A stretch of DNA of 64,000 nt from Ascidiella aspersa (Eukaryota). Below the pieces are notes generated by a model that was given only the letters and a program-made list of their open reading frames with translations, did not search any database and was not told where the DNA came from. Below, one piece after another: positions 14,039 through 28,660 of the stretch. Positions within the stretch are counted from its first letter, which is position 1. Each line of letters opens with the position of its first letter. The stretch spans positions 13,640,001 through 13,704,000 of the forward strand of contig OZ004613.1 of assembly GCA_963924565.1 (NCBI GenBank), read 5' to 3'. The translations under genes were made by a program, and so were the position numbers.

Positions 14039-17000
14039 GCTGCTTGCGTGCTGTTGACTTTGAATGGTAATGTCAATTTGCAGTCCTCTTAGGTCGTGGA
14101 CGCTTTGTTTGAGGTCGAGTCTTCTCCTTGGTTAAAAATAGACGCTAAATCCGACAGCGTAAAGTGCGGGGCGATTACAAAGTGAGCGACACTGTATACT
14201 CGAGGCTCTTATCTGAAACGCAAAGAAAAAATTGACGGAGATGCTCAAATCGGTCAAAAAATAAGCAAACCACGTCTGCCCAAACAAGCCAGCGAAGAAA
14301 GCTGCTTCCGCACTGTCGTAAACACGCCTTTACAAACATTCAAAGACCCGTAAGCTAATAAAGGTCAGTATTGACAAGATAGCCAGTCAATAACGACATT
14401 AGCCCAAGGAATTTTACCATTTTAATTGACCCTTATTACTAGTGTCAATAATAACTGGCAACTCGCGTCGGCGAGGCTTTTAAGTTCTGAAACTTGTCAT
14501 CTATCTCATCGCTCAATGCGCCTCGGCGATAAACCGAGCCTAGTCGCAGTAATCTGGCCTTTGGTGAGATGCCCGGCCAGATTAAAGGCTGAGCCTCGAT
14601 TGGAAGCGCTCCAACTGCTATTAGTACAACATCGTCCTGTGCCTGAATGTGCCTACCTCCACGCACACTCTACGCCAACTGCTGACTGCCTGGCGAAACG
14701 TTTGCCTTCCAGTCCCGTCTTGTCCTGTCAAATACCCGACAACTTTGCTTTTTTCCCTCGACCTCTCTCGTCTGCCTCTCTCGCCGCTTGCAATTGTGTC
14801 TATTCTGCGCTTCGCACGTGCGGCCAGCCAACCGCTAATCACCGGGTCGCGGTCCAGGGGGGCAATTTGGCCGGCGATTGTCCCCCCTAGGCCGCATTTG
14901 GAAATCAAACAATTCCGTCTGCAGCCCGCGCGCCGATTATCACCTGACGCGAATCGTTTATTTACTACAAACAACTTCGTGAAAGGCAATTTGTATAATT
15001 CGAAATAGAGATGTTATCGCCCGTCGTCATTGTTTGTGAAATAGAGAACAAACAAGACAGCTTTGTCACGATTTCACAGTTGTTAGTATAATTTGGGATT
15101 AAATCAAACTGTATTACCCAAGCAATAACGATTTTGAAAACGCGATATATTTTTGTAAGATAACATGTTACCCACCATATACAGAGAAATAACGAAAATA
15201 TTTTCGTTTTGCGTACACATAAACACTCAAATAGTTTTTTGCATATCATATTAGCCACCATGAAAAATGCTTAAAGAAACCAAGTTATCAATTTGTTGAT
15301 AAACACTACAGGAAAAAAACTGTAAGACATGCTTTTGGAAAACCCAAGTTTGAAAAGCATAACAAAACGTGTTGGTGATTTTTTTATAAAACCTGTATAA
15401 GTAAGTTATATCAAAATCGTATCGCACAAACTGAATTCGTGCTGGAATGTACCACAAACATGACATGTGATAAACACATTTAGTCGTTTGACGTTTTCTC
15501 GGCACGAAATAATTTCATGTTATCGGAAACATCATCTCCGAAAAAACGAACTAAACCCTAAACACAGGCTCAGCCTTGAACGTGGTCAAGTACGTCCTTC
15601 TGACGCAAAACTGCACAAAAAAGACCAAGGCAAAGCGGAGCCCGAAAACGCCCCGTAGGTAAGATGACGTCACGCATAGTAAAATGAATTTTTATTAGGC
15701 CTCTTGTCTTCGCATCTGCCGAGCTTTGATATTCAACGGCTGTTCGACATGTGTTACTCTGATGTGGCCAACGGCTATGTTAGGTTGTGCGTTAAGGACA
15801 TTGCCTTGTAGGCCTATGGAAACAGTGGCTCAATTTAAAAATGTCATTCGGCTGTGCAAACCAAACACAACCATTTTGGCGTATATGCGCGGAACCTTAC
15901 AGTTGTTTATCGATATTCTACGTCGATCAATAATGTAATTCAGTTACGGGAAAAAAATGAACCGGAATATATCTTCCAACATTAATATACGCATATAAAT
16001 CGCTGAAGGTAGAAATAAAGGTAAGCTGTACCATTATTGTGTGAAGTTTTATGCTTCGTATTATAAACTGAAGCTAATGTATGCTTGTCTGCTATTATTG
16101 TTTTGTATTCATATTCTAATACAAGTTGAACGTGTTACTTTTTTCAGACAGAAAAATTTTGAATTCTAAGGCAAGCTACACTTTTTCAATTTATGACTAA
16201 CAATAATTTCGACTCTGCACTATTGAGTGATGGAAAATAATAATTTTATCATCACATATTTGATTTGGGGATTGCTTTGCCTAATTACTGGACCCCGATA
16301 AACAAAACCGTTGTATATAAATTTTTTTTTTTTAATTTATAGCTTTCGCTTGAAATAAGCAAATTCGCCTTTTTTTCAACATTTCATTATTGAATATTTT
16401 TACAAATCGGTTTCTAACTGTTATGTCGATTTTTATCGGTAGCAAAGAAAAGGTTTTTATAGACAGGTGTTGGCAACTTTTCCAAGTTAATATATATACA
16501 ATTATTTTTTAACTAAATCTGGGCAGAAACAGAAGTTACGCTTCGTCGCGTTTCCCCCCGCTGCCTGTAATAACCCTATCGATCTCGGCGAAATAACACG
16601 GTATCGTACTAACGCCGTCGATTCCGCATCGGAATCACCTTAGATCCGCATCAAGCCGCGAAATGTAGCTATTACCTGATCGTGTTTCCGCTTAGTAGTG
16701 GCAGACTTGGCACCTTGAGCAGTCGCGAACCGCATGCACAGGCTGTTGGGTGTGATCAAAACGATACCCAGCCGCCGGGTATTAAAACTATACCTTAGGT
16801 TTGAATTCCTTTGTATGTTTGGACAACTCATCATGTAAATACATTTAAAGTGAGTTTTAACTTATGAATGATAGAAGGATTTGGTTCTGCTGACGCATAA
16901 ATTATTATCCTTCACTTTGTATATTTAGAATTTTTGATTACATGTGAATTTTTGTGACAACTTATATATACAAATATTTTACTAATAGACAAAAAATAAT

Positions 17001-19921
17001 AAAAACAGTTCGATAAACGTCATTATTTTCACTTCATAAGATTGAAAAAACATGGGTCGAAGAAATTTTATACTATAGTCAGGGGTTGACAATAAACGCG
17101 AAAATCGTAATAGAATATGGAATCCTGATGCTCATGGTCGTAGTCAGGCAAACTGTACCACACCGTCCATTCGAGGAATTCCAAGCTCGCATAAAAAATC
17201 CCTCAATAGGAATGCGTCAAAAGCGGAAAAGTATAAAGTTACGCACTGGGACTGTTTTGCCGTACACACGCGCGCCCTGACAGAGGCGTTGACACTTGCG
17301 CTAGAATGCCACTGCCAAATGCGACGCGATACGACAGCATCGAGTGCTATGAAACGCGAGCCTTCGCTGCCACTATACCGCTTGGCATCGCCACGGTCGT
17401 TATTACAACCAAACAAAAGAGAAATTCCTACGGTGCTTTTGCTTGAGTACGTATATAACGTTCCATGATGGGGCATTGCTCGCGCGAGAGGGTTTTCATC
17501 GGGGGCAGGGGCGCGCGGGGTCAAGAGCCCCACTGTTTTGCCCAGTAGGTCTAAGCCGACACGCGATGCGCTATGACAAATAGCCCCCGTGCCTTGGGGA
17601 TTTTAATTAAACAAAGTCCCCTAGCCAGCTCAGCGTAGCGGGACCTCCGCTTAAACCACTGCCATTGCTGTTGGTTGCCGTTAATGCTTCTCCTGCGCTG
17701 CAAAGATGAATTTTAGGTTTCTCATTTACTTGACGCTTGAGTGTTGTTTTATTGACGGGTCATTTGCATTTTTAGTGGAAGGATTTAAATAAACGCGATT
17801 TTAAAGGACGATTCGGTTGTTTTTTCGCTCCTGACTTTGCAAAATCCTGTGACTAATGACTTGCAAGAGTGTCAGATGTGCAATACACTCGACACTCTTT
17901 TCGGGTGGCTTGACTTTAAAATCTCGAGGTCAAGGCCAAGTGCAACCAGCCGAATCAAACAAGAAAAACACGCTGAAGATTGACTGATGAAATGTGTTCT
18001 CTTTTAAACTAATTAAGCCTTACTTCTTAACTGCAGGCAACTTTTTAACTTGATGTTATTTAACCTTTAACTGAAATGTCCTGTATACACCCTTTGTTGA
18101 ACGAGCTTGTCACTGCCAATTTATCGCAATTAGGAACAGTCATTCAACAATGATTTCGAAAATTGCAAGAAACTAATAAAGTAAAATTTAGCCTAGAACA
18201 CCAAAGTTTTGTTGGGAACAAATAAGTACCATCTTGGCCACGGATTTCTTGTGTACAGCTTAGTTGCTTGTCCTGATTTATAAAATGTAATTGGTTCACA
18301 AAAAAAGCAGTATAAAAAGTCTCTCCAAGCATAAACATGTTTGTGACGTACAATCACGAAACAGTTTATGGTTTTTCGTTCCTCTAGCAAACGAATCAAT
18401 TCGAAATGCACAACTCTCTGGAGGATTTTTCCTCTTTGAAACAATTTCATCTATATGGCATGGCCACAAAACATCCACATGAATGATGCTATTGTATATA
18501 GGCGTATTTGTCTAATTTTAATTAAAGGAAACAAGTGGCACAGTATAGAGACAAATTATTTTGAATCCTTCTCAAGCCTTTGCACAACCACCGTGCTTCA
18601 TCAGGTGAAAGTATACGGATGATGCTGTGGTTCTTGCCGGTTCGCAATTAGTCCATTGCGGCCAGGAATACTGACGGATCAATAATAATCAGCGCGTCAG
18701 ACGAATCAAAGACTTGAGTGAAATAAGCTCGGTGCAGAGCGGCTCCTAACTTGCAAGCGGCGAGATAAGGATCGGAAGTCGAAGTGGCGTGCGTACTTCG
18801 TTGGAGGCAGGTCGGCGGGAGTTGCGGTGTTCGGTTCCCGTGGATTACAGGCGCTGGTAAACGGACGCCGGCGCTGATAGACGGAAGGGCCCCGATAACG
18901 AAAGACGCTTCCTCCTTTTTCGGAGCGACGAAAGTCAGCACGGGTTAACATGGAAATCGGACACGAAAGTTCGGCGGGAGGCGTTGGCGCAACGCTCTCG
19001 AGCCACATGCGATGTCGTTTGGAAGTATTATGCGAGTACCCCTTAATTGAGATGCCAACATGACAAAGTCAACAAAGAGTTTGGCGCTGACTTGGCGAGA
19101 TTGAGATGATCGACGAGCAGAACATTACTGCCCCTTTTACTCTTACCAAGTAGATATTTTGCTAATCGTTAACCGCAATAAGATACTGTTGAATATTTGA
19201 GATTTGTCAATTGTATAACAATATTAAATGTCCGCGAATGTTCACTAACTATCGAGCATATACGCTAGCTAGACGATTAAACTAAACGGTATAGACCAAA
19301 TCGGGCCCCAAAGCACTATTGAAAGCCAAATATAACAGCTTATCATCGGAAGATTTGCGGTTTTCCTACCGCTTTGTGGTCACCGTTGCCATTGGCAATG
19401 TATAATTAGTAAATTAATTTTGTCGGATGTCGTTTTGAGGTCCTATTGCTTCTTTTGTAATAGAGAGCAATTCAATGTTCATTAGCTAAATACAACGACA
19501 TTTGCCGGTCAGAAATCGAACAACGTTGGATTCCGGACATCCGGATTTAATTAATATTATTAACAAAAAGTTTTGTGTACCAGAGATGGCACATCGCTTC
19601 GAAATTATTCTAGTTGGCAATGGCGAGCCAACAAATCGTCAACATTTGTGTAAATATTGTGTTTAGCCTATTCAGATATAACATTTCACAAAGTTGAGTA
19701 TCTCTATCCAAACATTAGAAGAGAAATGTGTCAAATTGATGTTCCAATTCCAAAAGGAATATTACCGCCCAACACGGGTTTGTAAAACTATAGAGTAAGA
19801 GAAAAAAACTGCTTAACTGCAGAACAATCTTCATATATGTTCAATACTTTTACTTAGACTTGAGTTTTTAATGTTTATAGAGATATGTTGTGTATCAGGT
19901 CTACGCCGATTTGCCCCTATC

Positions 19922-20328
19922 CACTGTTGCAATGACTTAAGTCAATGTTTTCAAATGACTTAACTTGACAAAAGTCTTTTGAACAAATGAATTGACTTGA
20001 CAACAGTCTTTTGAACAAATGACTTAGGTTGAAATAAAATGTTTATTTTAATCATCTACTAAATTGCGTCGTTTATTTTATTTTTGCACATAAACAATTA
20101 AGTGTTGCGTTTTTGTTGTTTTTTAGTTAAGTTATTTCTCATAATCAGACGAGTTTACCAATTTTAATAGTTCAACATTTAATTTTGTATTACAACGACT
20201 TGACTTGTTATAATTATGACTTGACTGGGACGTAAGTTACTGCAAATTACGGGACTATTGGATTTAAGTTTTCACAAACGGCTTGACTAGGACTAAAGTC
20301 ATTTCAAAGAGACTTGTTTACAACAATG
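19922..20328. mobile_element. hAT-type MITE, 'GACTTAAGTC' family, copy 1
   Basis: Termini CACTGTTGCAA / TTACAACAATG; TSD CCCCTATC vs CTCCTATC (7/8); many internal GACTT/AAGTC repeats. Confidence 0.8.
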
Positions 20329-22828
20329 CTCCTATCTAACGAATCCGTTTAAAATACAGGTTTATTTATTTAATGTCCCAAAACTTCCGAAAAGGTATAT
20401 CTATTTAAACGTTTTAGTGGACAGAATACTAAATTTTCATTTTATCACGACTTTTTTTGCCAAGCTACGAATCAATTTTGATTTGGCAATAGATCCAAGG
20501 AATCATTAAAGTTAGGTTAATTTTTTAGGGCAACAAGGCTTAAACGTTTTAATCCCTAATTGAAAACACAAAGTTCTGCATCATCGTTAAACGATTTATC
20601 CTTTGAAAAGTGGGCTACACCCTTGTTTGTTTGCTAATTAGGCACGTGTTCTGGTTTAAACTAACTATTCAGAAACATGCATCTTTTACCTAGTGTACAA
20701 CCACATTGCTTGTCCAAGGTCATGTGTTTGTAGGGCCGAGTGTGGCAGACGTCATGGCTGCCAACGTTTCGCTCATATAAATCATTGGGATTAGCGCGTA
20801 AAAGAAGTAGGATTTCGGATCTGCAGATGTCTGTCGACACCGTTAGCAAATGGGGAGTTTAAAATGTGTGGATTACCATTTTCTATTAAATTTGGTTTAG
20901 TTCGAGACAATTTATTTAGTTATACCGTCAAAGGAGTTTTCTGCGGTTGACCTGATCGTGTTTACAGCTTCCAAAACCCTTTTAAAATGTCTGATTTCTA
21001 AATAAAACTCTTTAGGCCATGATATAGTCGCACAGTAGGTTGGACGCTTAAACATTTAAAGGATTTTGCAACTTCATGCCTGATATGACATATACACCCT
21101 GTCAATCCAAGATAATTTTACTTTGTGATAGCCATGTTTAGGAATTATACGGGCATTACAATTGATTTACAAAGGACCCGGAACTAGCTGCGAGACCCTG
21201 GCACCTATATTAAGCGTGAACCAACAAATATTTGAGACCTTGCGCTACAATGTCGAGCACTTCATTTGAAGTATGGCGGAAAATTCTCACGTGGTCAATA
21301 AATCGAATGACACCTCGCCCAACCCGCACAAACCAGTTTCGACTTTTGTTACGGCCAAAAGTCAACGGTGATTGACAGGTTTGGAAAACTCTGGCAATTT
21401 CAGGCGTGAAAATAAGCCGAGGTCGATGACCGCTTGTGACCCCGGCAATTAAACTGTCGTTTTGCACAATGACAAATCGCTGTTGCTGTCGTTTTCAGAC
21501 AAATCCAGTGACTTCCTAAGACACTCAAATAGGCATAAGAATGAATTGATGAATAAAAATGGTTCCATTTTTTTTAGTACAAGCAAGTATAACAATACCA
21601 ATGATCAGAAGGTTAATTACATGGAAATTTTCTAAACTTTTTACATACGAATTTTCGAAACCCGATTGAGAGGCTATTTACATAGAAATTGTAGAAACTG
21701 TCTTTACATTGAAATTGTGTTTTATGTGTCGGTCTAAGAAATTAAAAATCAATTATTACAAACGAATTTGTTTAAACGCCACTGAGCTGTAAAAACGGTA
21801 TCACATGCAGTCATAAAACGTCATCACAAAGATAAAAAGTGACAAAAATGCATTATATTATGTTGAGATCATTGTGTATTCTTTTATCCCACAGGAAATA
21901 ACTATATTCCATTATTTTTGTTTGACGACCTTATATATTTTACGTATAACTTTATTAGACATTTCGTTTATTTTCCAAAACACTCTAAATCCATTTAGAA
22001 TGGTTGCTTAATTCTTTTAACTTTGCTAACCTTACAACACAACGCCAAAATATAGTGCATTTTACGCGTATACCAATAAATTGGTTGTCTCTTTGGGACC
22101 TCACTCTCCAAGTCGATCGAAAATGATGCTGGGGTGCCCTTCACCATAGATGTATTCGAAAGGGACAATAAATTTGGATGCAAACCAATACAAAAGTCCT
22201 CTTAACATGAAGTTTCAATAGCCGCTTATTTGCCATACTATCAGTGCCATATCTCCGAAAGAAATAGTTTGAAATATTTCTTACAGTGGGATGAAAATAC
22301 TATGTTGTAGTGACAAATATAGTACATGAACGGAAAAGTTGTTTGATTACAAATAAGTAATACGTTTTTATTGATAAAATGACTTTATATCAAATCAAGC
22401 TATTCGCCGAACAAGTTGTCTTGGCGCGAATCTCCAGCGAACCCGAGCGGAAATTAGAGCGAGTCGACAACAAAAAGAAATTGTTACGTCACCAAACGGC
22501 CCCGGCCGAACAGGTCGCGATTGCCAGATGCGATAAAAATATCAGACCGGTCGGAAAGCGCTTGAGCAAACAATTACCGACCCGTTTCAACGAATGGCTT
22601 TACAACCAACCAGAGATCGCGACCGAGATAATCGCTTCTTAATAGCCCGCCTTGAAAAAATAAACTGAATTTTGCGTTATCAAGCGAGCCTTGCCGCTAT
22701 TATTTTTTTTCGAAATTCGTGTTAAAAAACAAACAATGTTCCTGTATCCAGAGCTACAAACAAGTATTTTTTTCAGGTCAAACATTTCGTAAAAGTCATT
22801 CCATGTTTGAGTTTAATGGTTTTGAACC

Positions 22829-23800
22829 AGGGGCGGATCTAGGATATCTGTTTGGGAGGGAGCGTGGCCTTTTTAGAGATAAAAATCAAGTCACGCAATT
22901 ACGTGACGTCATAAAACAGGCAACTTTCCAAATCTGCAGTTGTAGGTTGAACTTATACGCGCATCTAAAATAAAGTTTATTTTACTTATACAAAGAGGTG
23001 GTGGAGCGTTGGCGCGAACCGCAAACAAAATGTGTTTTTCTTTGAAAGTGACAAAGATTAAAAATGGAAGGAGAAGTTGCGCATTGAAGAATTCCTATAT
23101 AGAGATTTTGTCAAACAATTTGTAAAGGCCATCGACCCAACAGATGTAGAGTTTAAAGTGAAGAAGTGTTACTTATTACACAATGGTCATGTTGCAACAG
23201 CGATATGTATTCCTCAAATTAAAAAAAAAGAAAGCAATCACAGGTAGATCGAAATTATTATTTAAATAGAATATTTTGGTAAAGCTTTTATTTAATTACG
23301 CACGGCGATTTTTGACAAAAATGATTTTCTTAAAACGGAATGAAGCATATCCTATGAAATTCGCGCGAACCGCGAAAAAAATGTTCTGCTCTAAAGTTAA
23401 TTAAATATCCCCCCAAAAAAGTTTTGGGAATTTAAAAAGTATTAAGCTGTTTTGTGTGGAAAGACATTTGGAATAGGTTAGTCAATTTTGCAAAGCAAAA
23501 AAACCCTAGCTAAACATACATCACAATGATTATAAGTTTAGGATAAGGCATGGTTGAACCAGGTTTAGGTTTAAAGAAAAGGCGAAAAAATATTTTACTT
23601 TAGTTTTTTACGAGGTGATACTTCAGGGCCAGTCTGCTCTATATCATGGCGATTAGTTGCTCGCCGTTATTTTATTGATAAGGATTTTGATAAGGAGTGT
23701 AATAGTAACGGATGATTTGTGGGAAATGAATTTGCTGTATTCTATAGGACATCCCGCATCCTAATTTTGACAAACATTTTAACTTGGGTAAAATTGCACG
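22829..23800. mobile_element. Probable transposon relic(s)
   Basis: MITE-like end CAGGGGCGGATCTAGG at 22829; repeated GCGCGAACCGC(A/G)AA motif at ~23012 and ~23363; an ~60-codon ATG-less open frame (KWKEKLRIEEFLYRDFVKQFVKAIDPTDVEF..., ~23062-23247). Boundaries are uncertain. Confidence 0.3.
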
Positions 23801-26327
23801 TGGTCATCACCCTACTTTGGCGTAATCTTTAGGATTTTTTTGAACTATTTTGCAAACAGCCATAAATCCATTGAGATTTTTGTTTTTATTTAACTTATAG
23901 AGGTATAATGTATTGTCCTATTGAGTTGTTTACTGGTGTTGGTTAAATGTCAAGTATGATGCCCGTAGTGGCCGCTCAAAATTTTAATAAGATAAGACTG
24001 TTTGCTTTATGTTGACTCCAATGCAAAAGTATTTAAAACACAATAATTCAATTTTTTAAATGCTAGGTGTCGCTGTTGAATCAAAAGTGAGTTGTATGAC
24101 AATCCTATGAGTTTCGGGATGTTATAAAGTGACACCGCAGCGCTGCATCTAGCCGATTCAGTTGAATGGTGCATTTACTTTTCTTGTAATGGTGCATTTA
24201 CTTAACTGCTGAATGATAGCCAACTATTTGAAGTTACACAGTCGTTTCTTTAGCCGTGAAGAGGAAACGACCCCTTTGAGGGGCGAAGATTTGCAAGTAG
24301 ACTTTCATATTTTCCACTCCCATGCGTTTCATAATAAATAAGTATTAAATTCATATCCTCGAAACAGTGATCGACAGATATTTGCTTGCTGCCAACTGTA
24401 TAATATTCTATAAAACAAAACCCCAAACAATTATAACTTGGTTTAATTGAAAAATTTATTCGGTACAGAAATCCAGTCGTTTTGATTGTCTTTAAAATTA
24501 AACAACAAATAACGAATGAAAAGCGAAAATGTTACGACACAAAATTCTATTACAAACAGAACTTGAGGGTCACAACAAAAGAATTAAGGAAAAAGGGAAT
24601 AAATTAACTTAATAAGAATGTTAGGTGTTCAGGTTTGTCGCCTGAACACGGACCAGGGCATCAATTTGGCGCCATAAAGAACACAAACCCTTGTTAATTG
24701 GGTATCTCCCAAACTAACCAACCGGTTTGAGGTATGTGACGTCATTACATTTTATGCGCCCCTGATCCTGCGCTCCCGGCGGATACGTCATAGTTTATGC
24801 TTGTGTCGTAAACAACGAAGGGTCTGTTCCCGAATTCCCAAAATGCGCCAGCGTTGAACGAAGCGACAACGACGATGGGTTTCATGGCGTTGGTGAAACT
24901 TTTCGCGCCGACCACCCGAGTTGCGAGGAAGTGACACCATCGGCGAAAGTGTTGGCGAAATAAACACAAACACTCGGCCAGGCATCTCAATTAATGTTAA
25001 TTGTCCTGACGGCCATTTTCGACGCTTCCTAAACGATGCCGTCGAATCCAACGGCGCTATATTTGGCATCGCACTCCAGAAGATTCAAGAAGTCAACATT
25101 GTTGGGTGTATCTTGTGCAGCTGTGAGTATATAGTCACTCGACTAAAATAAAAGTCCAGGATGTTTTATATTTCCAAACAGTCACCTCTTTATAATAAAA
25201 TAAAGCTTTGGGGAATTTTGTATAAGAATTGAGTATAGGAATATATTAACAATACAGCTATTCAAGGTAAATGTTTGGTTATGGCTTGTGGCTACAATTT
25301 ATTTTACCATATAGACTATAGAGGGTCAAAAAATGAAGATGTAAATTCCTGTAAAGCATTCCAAAAAAATACACCCTGTTAATCTATTAACAGAGTAATC
25401 AAGCGGTGCTATATAAAGACAAATTGCATTTGATAAAAATGATGAAGTCTTACATATCGTATATTCGGCCATTTACAAAGACTGAAACCATTCAGTATAC
25501 GAAGTATATGATCTGGTGAACGTTTACCATTACATTGGTAGTTGGCATCCACCAAGCCGCCAAGAATGATTTCAATGTGGCAATCGTCGCAGATAAAATT
25601 CATTACTCTCTCCACGCCAAGTGTGTGGCTACCCACAGATTTATTAGACCACACGGGATGGAAAATAATTCATTTTTCCTGGCCGCATAATTTCTGGAGT
25701 ACAATTTCGAACGAAAAAGGTCCTGTCTCAGTTGGTCAAGTGGAATACGTCGGACCTTTGGTATTTCTAGAATCCTGGCCTTATAATATAGATAGAATAA
25801 AACAAATACGACTAGATGTGTTGTGATTGTCCTGACCTAGGCCATAAAAGAAAATTGTTGAAAAATTATTTAACTACAGATATTAAAAGCAGATTTAACA
25901 TGCATTGGCTAATTAAATGTTTTAATTTTTATCGATTTAGTTGTAATTTTATTGGCTATTGTGCAAGTGTTTTACATTTCGCTGGAGTCTGGAGCATTTT
26001 AATTTAATTTTGTGTCATAAGTGGTAATTCAGACAGCAAAATGACAAAATCGAATTATCTTAAAACTAAAACCAATTAAAAAAAATCCATTTTTGAAAAT
26101 GTGCGACCCCAAATTAGTGTAAAACAGTTTTTAAATATTTGGCGTAATAATTTTTGTTGACCGGTGGTGTACACTGATGGCACATTCACGATGTAACAAA
26201 TAATCAAACAAACGTAAAACACATAATGACATTCTTCAGCATTCAAATAACACAGGGTTATATAAATAGTAGGATATATGTAAATATAACTTCTTATGAG
26301 CAAATATATAACACACATTGTCTAAAT

Positions 26328-26854
26328 CCGGGATGTCTAACCCGCGGCCGGAGGGACGCATTGCGTCCCGCCTGATGTTTATGTGCGGCCCACCACTTAT
26401 TCTCACTTTCAGTAGCCTTTATTTAAAATAATTGTTTTCAATATCATCAAAACGTGTAGAACTCGCAGTGTTTGATGTGGGCCTAATCTTATATATTTTA
26501 AGACTATAATCGAATCTAATTCCGCATTTCAACATCCGTCGAACACGTTTGTGCAGCATTATTGCTAAGCAAGATTGGTGTTTTTCTAAATGTGTGTTTT
26601 TGCGGACCTTTTTGAGGAAATATATCAGCCCAATGGTGTCGTACCATGACATGCTACGGCATGACGATATTTACTTGCCTGTTTACGCACGAGTTCACTC
26701 TCAAAGAGCGGGTGTTTATAAGTTAAGTTGTTTTTTGACGTTAAGATATCACGTAACTTATGACGTCACCCATTTAATTTAATAGGTTTTGCCGCCTATC
26801 GAAATTTTTAAAGTGGCAATGCGGCCCGTTTTGCTAAAAGGTTGGACATCCCTG
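26328..26854. mobile_element. hAT (Charlie-like) MITE
   Basis: TIRs CCGGGATGTCTAACC / GGTTGGACATCCCTG; perfect 8-bp TSD GTCTAAAT (26320-27 and 26855-62); GCGGCCC subterminal motifs. Confidence 0.88.
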
Positions 26855-27109
26855 GTCTAAATATTCCGTGCGTTAATAATAAACCGAATAATAGCACAGG
26901 ATGTTTATAGTTAGACATATTTACCATCATTGCTGTTTTTTTATGGTTTGCACATCCAACTTCTAATGATTCTATTTGAATAGTTGCAAAAGCGTGCACG
27001 GATGTGGAAGTAGATATATATGGCTTCACAGATCAATTGGAATAAATATACGAATAAATTCGGCGAGCTTCATATTTGGAAAATTTATTTTAAAGCCTAG
27101 AAGCTAAAG

Positions 27110-27383
27110 CAGTGGTTTAAATTCACCTTTTTCCTTGCTGCACCCCTTTCAAATCACCAACCGATTCTCGCACCCCCTTCTAGAATTGCTTAAATAACAA
27201 AACAATTGTAATTTTATTTTTATACAAATAACTGATAACACAATAACACAATACCAAAATGTGAGTTAGTTTTACATTTAATTAAGCAAAGAAATAAATT
27301 ATAGTAAAACATTTTTTGTGTCTGATTCAGCATCCCCAACGCCCCCTTGGAACAGTTCTCGCACTCCTGGTTAAGAAATCTTG
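27110..27383. mobile_element. Degenerate hAT-type MITE
   Basis: Left end CAGTGGTTT.., right end GGTTAAGAAATCTTG; internal GCACCCC repeats; both flanks are nnCTAnAG, the Charlie-type target consensus; TSD is poor. Confidence 0.5.
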
Positions 27384-28660
27384 CTCTAGAGAATGAATGG
27401 CTTCATTTAGAAATGAATGCAATTCTGTTTTTCCGAGACAATTAAAAAAAAAAAACAGCAGCCTTTTCTAACGTTTGCAGGATCCATGGGCGGTTATTGG
27501 TGTGAAGTCGACAGGAGGCCAGACATCTTCTTCCGCTCGATTTGAACTAACTCCGCGGGGATGCGCAGACACTAAACAAACAGCAGTAAAATTCGGCGTT
27601 TAGAAGCAGTCTCGAGTTTCCGGCACTCCGGTAGCCTATCTTCAAAATGTGTTGGACGGTTTTCTTAAAAATTTTAAAGTAATGCGGGCTCCATGTTTTG
27701 AACAAGTGCGGTCCCTTATATTTAAGCTCCCCTAAAAGGCGACCTAATCCTTACCTAGCTTTTGTTTTTCAAAAAAAAAAGCTTGACGTCTAAGCGAAAA
27801 AAAAGGTGCGAGCTTCTTTATAAAATGCCTTGTACAAACTGGTATTTTGCCGACGCGGAAAGGTTTGCCGACGCTTGAAATGGCGGCAATATTCGGCAAA
27901 CACGCCACCCGCGGTGCCGCCTTTATATCACAATGTATTGAGCGGTCGTGAAACCTTAGACCGGGTTCCTTTCCTAAACAAGGCTTGTCGCGCCTTATTT
28001 CCAGAGCGGGCATCAATGGCTTGATTGAGCATGGCGACGCAGGCTATTGCAACAACGTTTATACATTACCACCGCACCGTTGGCAGAGTTGTCTTTTCAT
28101 CAGTTACGTATTATACAAAGTGCTGAGGCTGGTGGGGAGCATTTCGTTTGGCAAACTACAAAGCGTAACCGCCTCTGTGCGAAACGTCTGGGATCAAGAT
28201 GATTTGCTTACTTTCCTGTAAATTTTACGATTGTTTGCCTTCGCTGGGGCGGTATATGGGAAAGAGCTATGTAAGCATGCCCAGTCTGTTTGATGGATTT
28301 GACAGTTGGCACACTTTAGCAATTTTTTTCTGGGAAACTACACGCGATGGGGATGCTTTAGGAACTTTGATTGATTGCTCCGAGCTCGTCGGCATTATAT
28401 TGGGGCCATGAGTGCAGCTGAATTCCTAGAATTTGCTTGACACTTCTGACTAACGTTTTGTTGTTAATACTAAACAGTTGCAACTGCGATAAGTGGTTGT
28501 TGGTAGTGTTCAAGAAACTTGAATATACATGGATTTTGCACGTTTGCTGCGCAAATTTTAAATTAATTTGAAAATACTATTTGTATTTTTCAATAATGCC
28601 TGCTCTTGACAGAATCAAAACAAAATTAGAATAAAATTACAATATTTACTTCCTACTTAT

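Larger units (their letters stand above)
24440..27895 (-). ncRNA. Candidate 4-exon lncRNA or microprotein transcript (predicted exons ~27895-27755, 26971-26925, 25836-25454, 25142-~24440)
   Basis: Minus-strand TATAAAGG at 27927-27920 and YY1-like GCCGCCATTT downstream. Donors: TAG|gtaagg, ATG|gtaaat, TAT|gtaaga. Acceptors: ttcttttatggcctag, cttttattttag, plus a weak one for exon 2. AATAAA near 24460. Predicted from motifs only. Confidence 0.3.
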
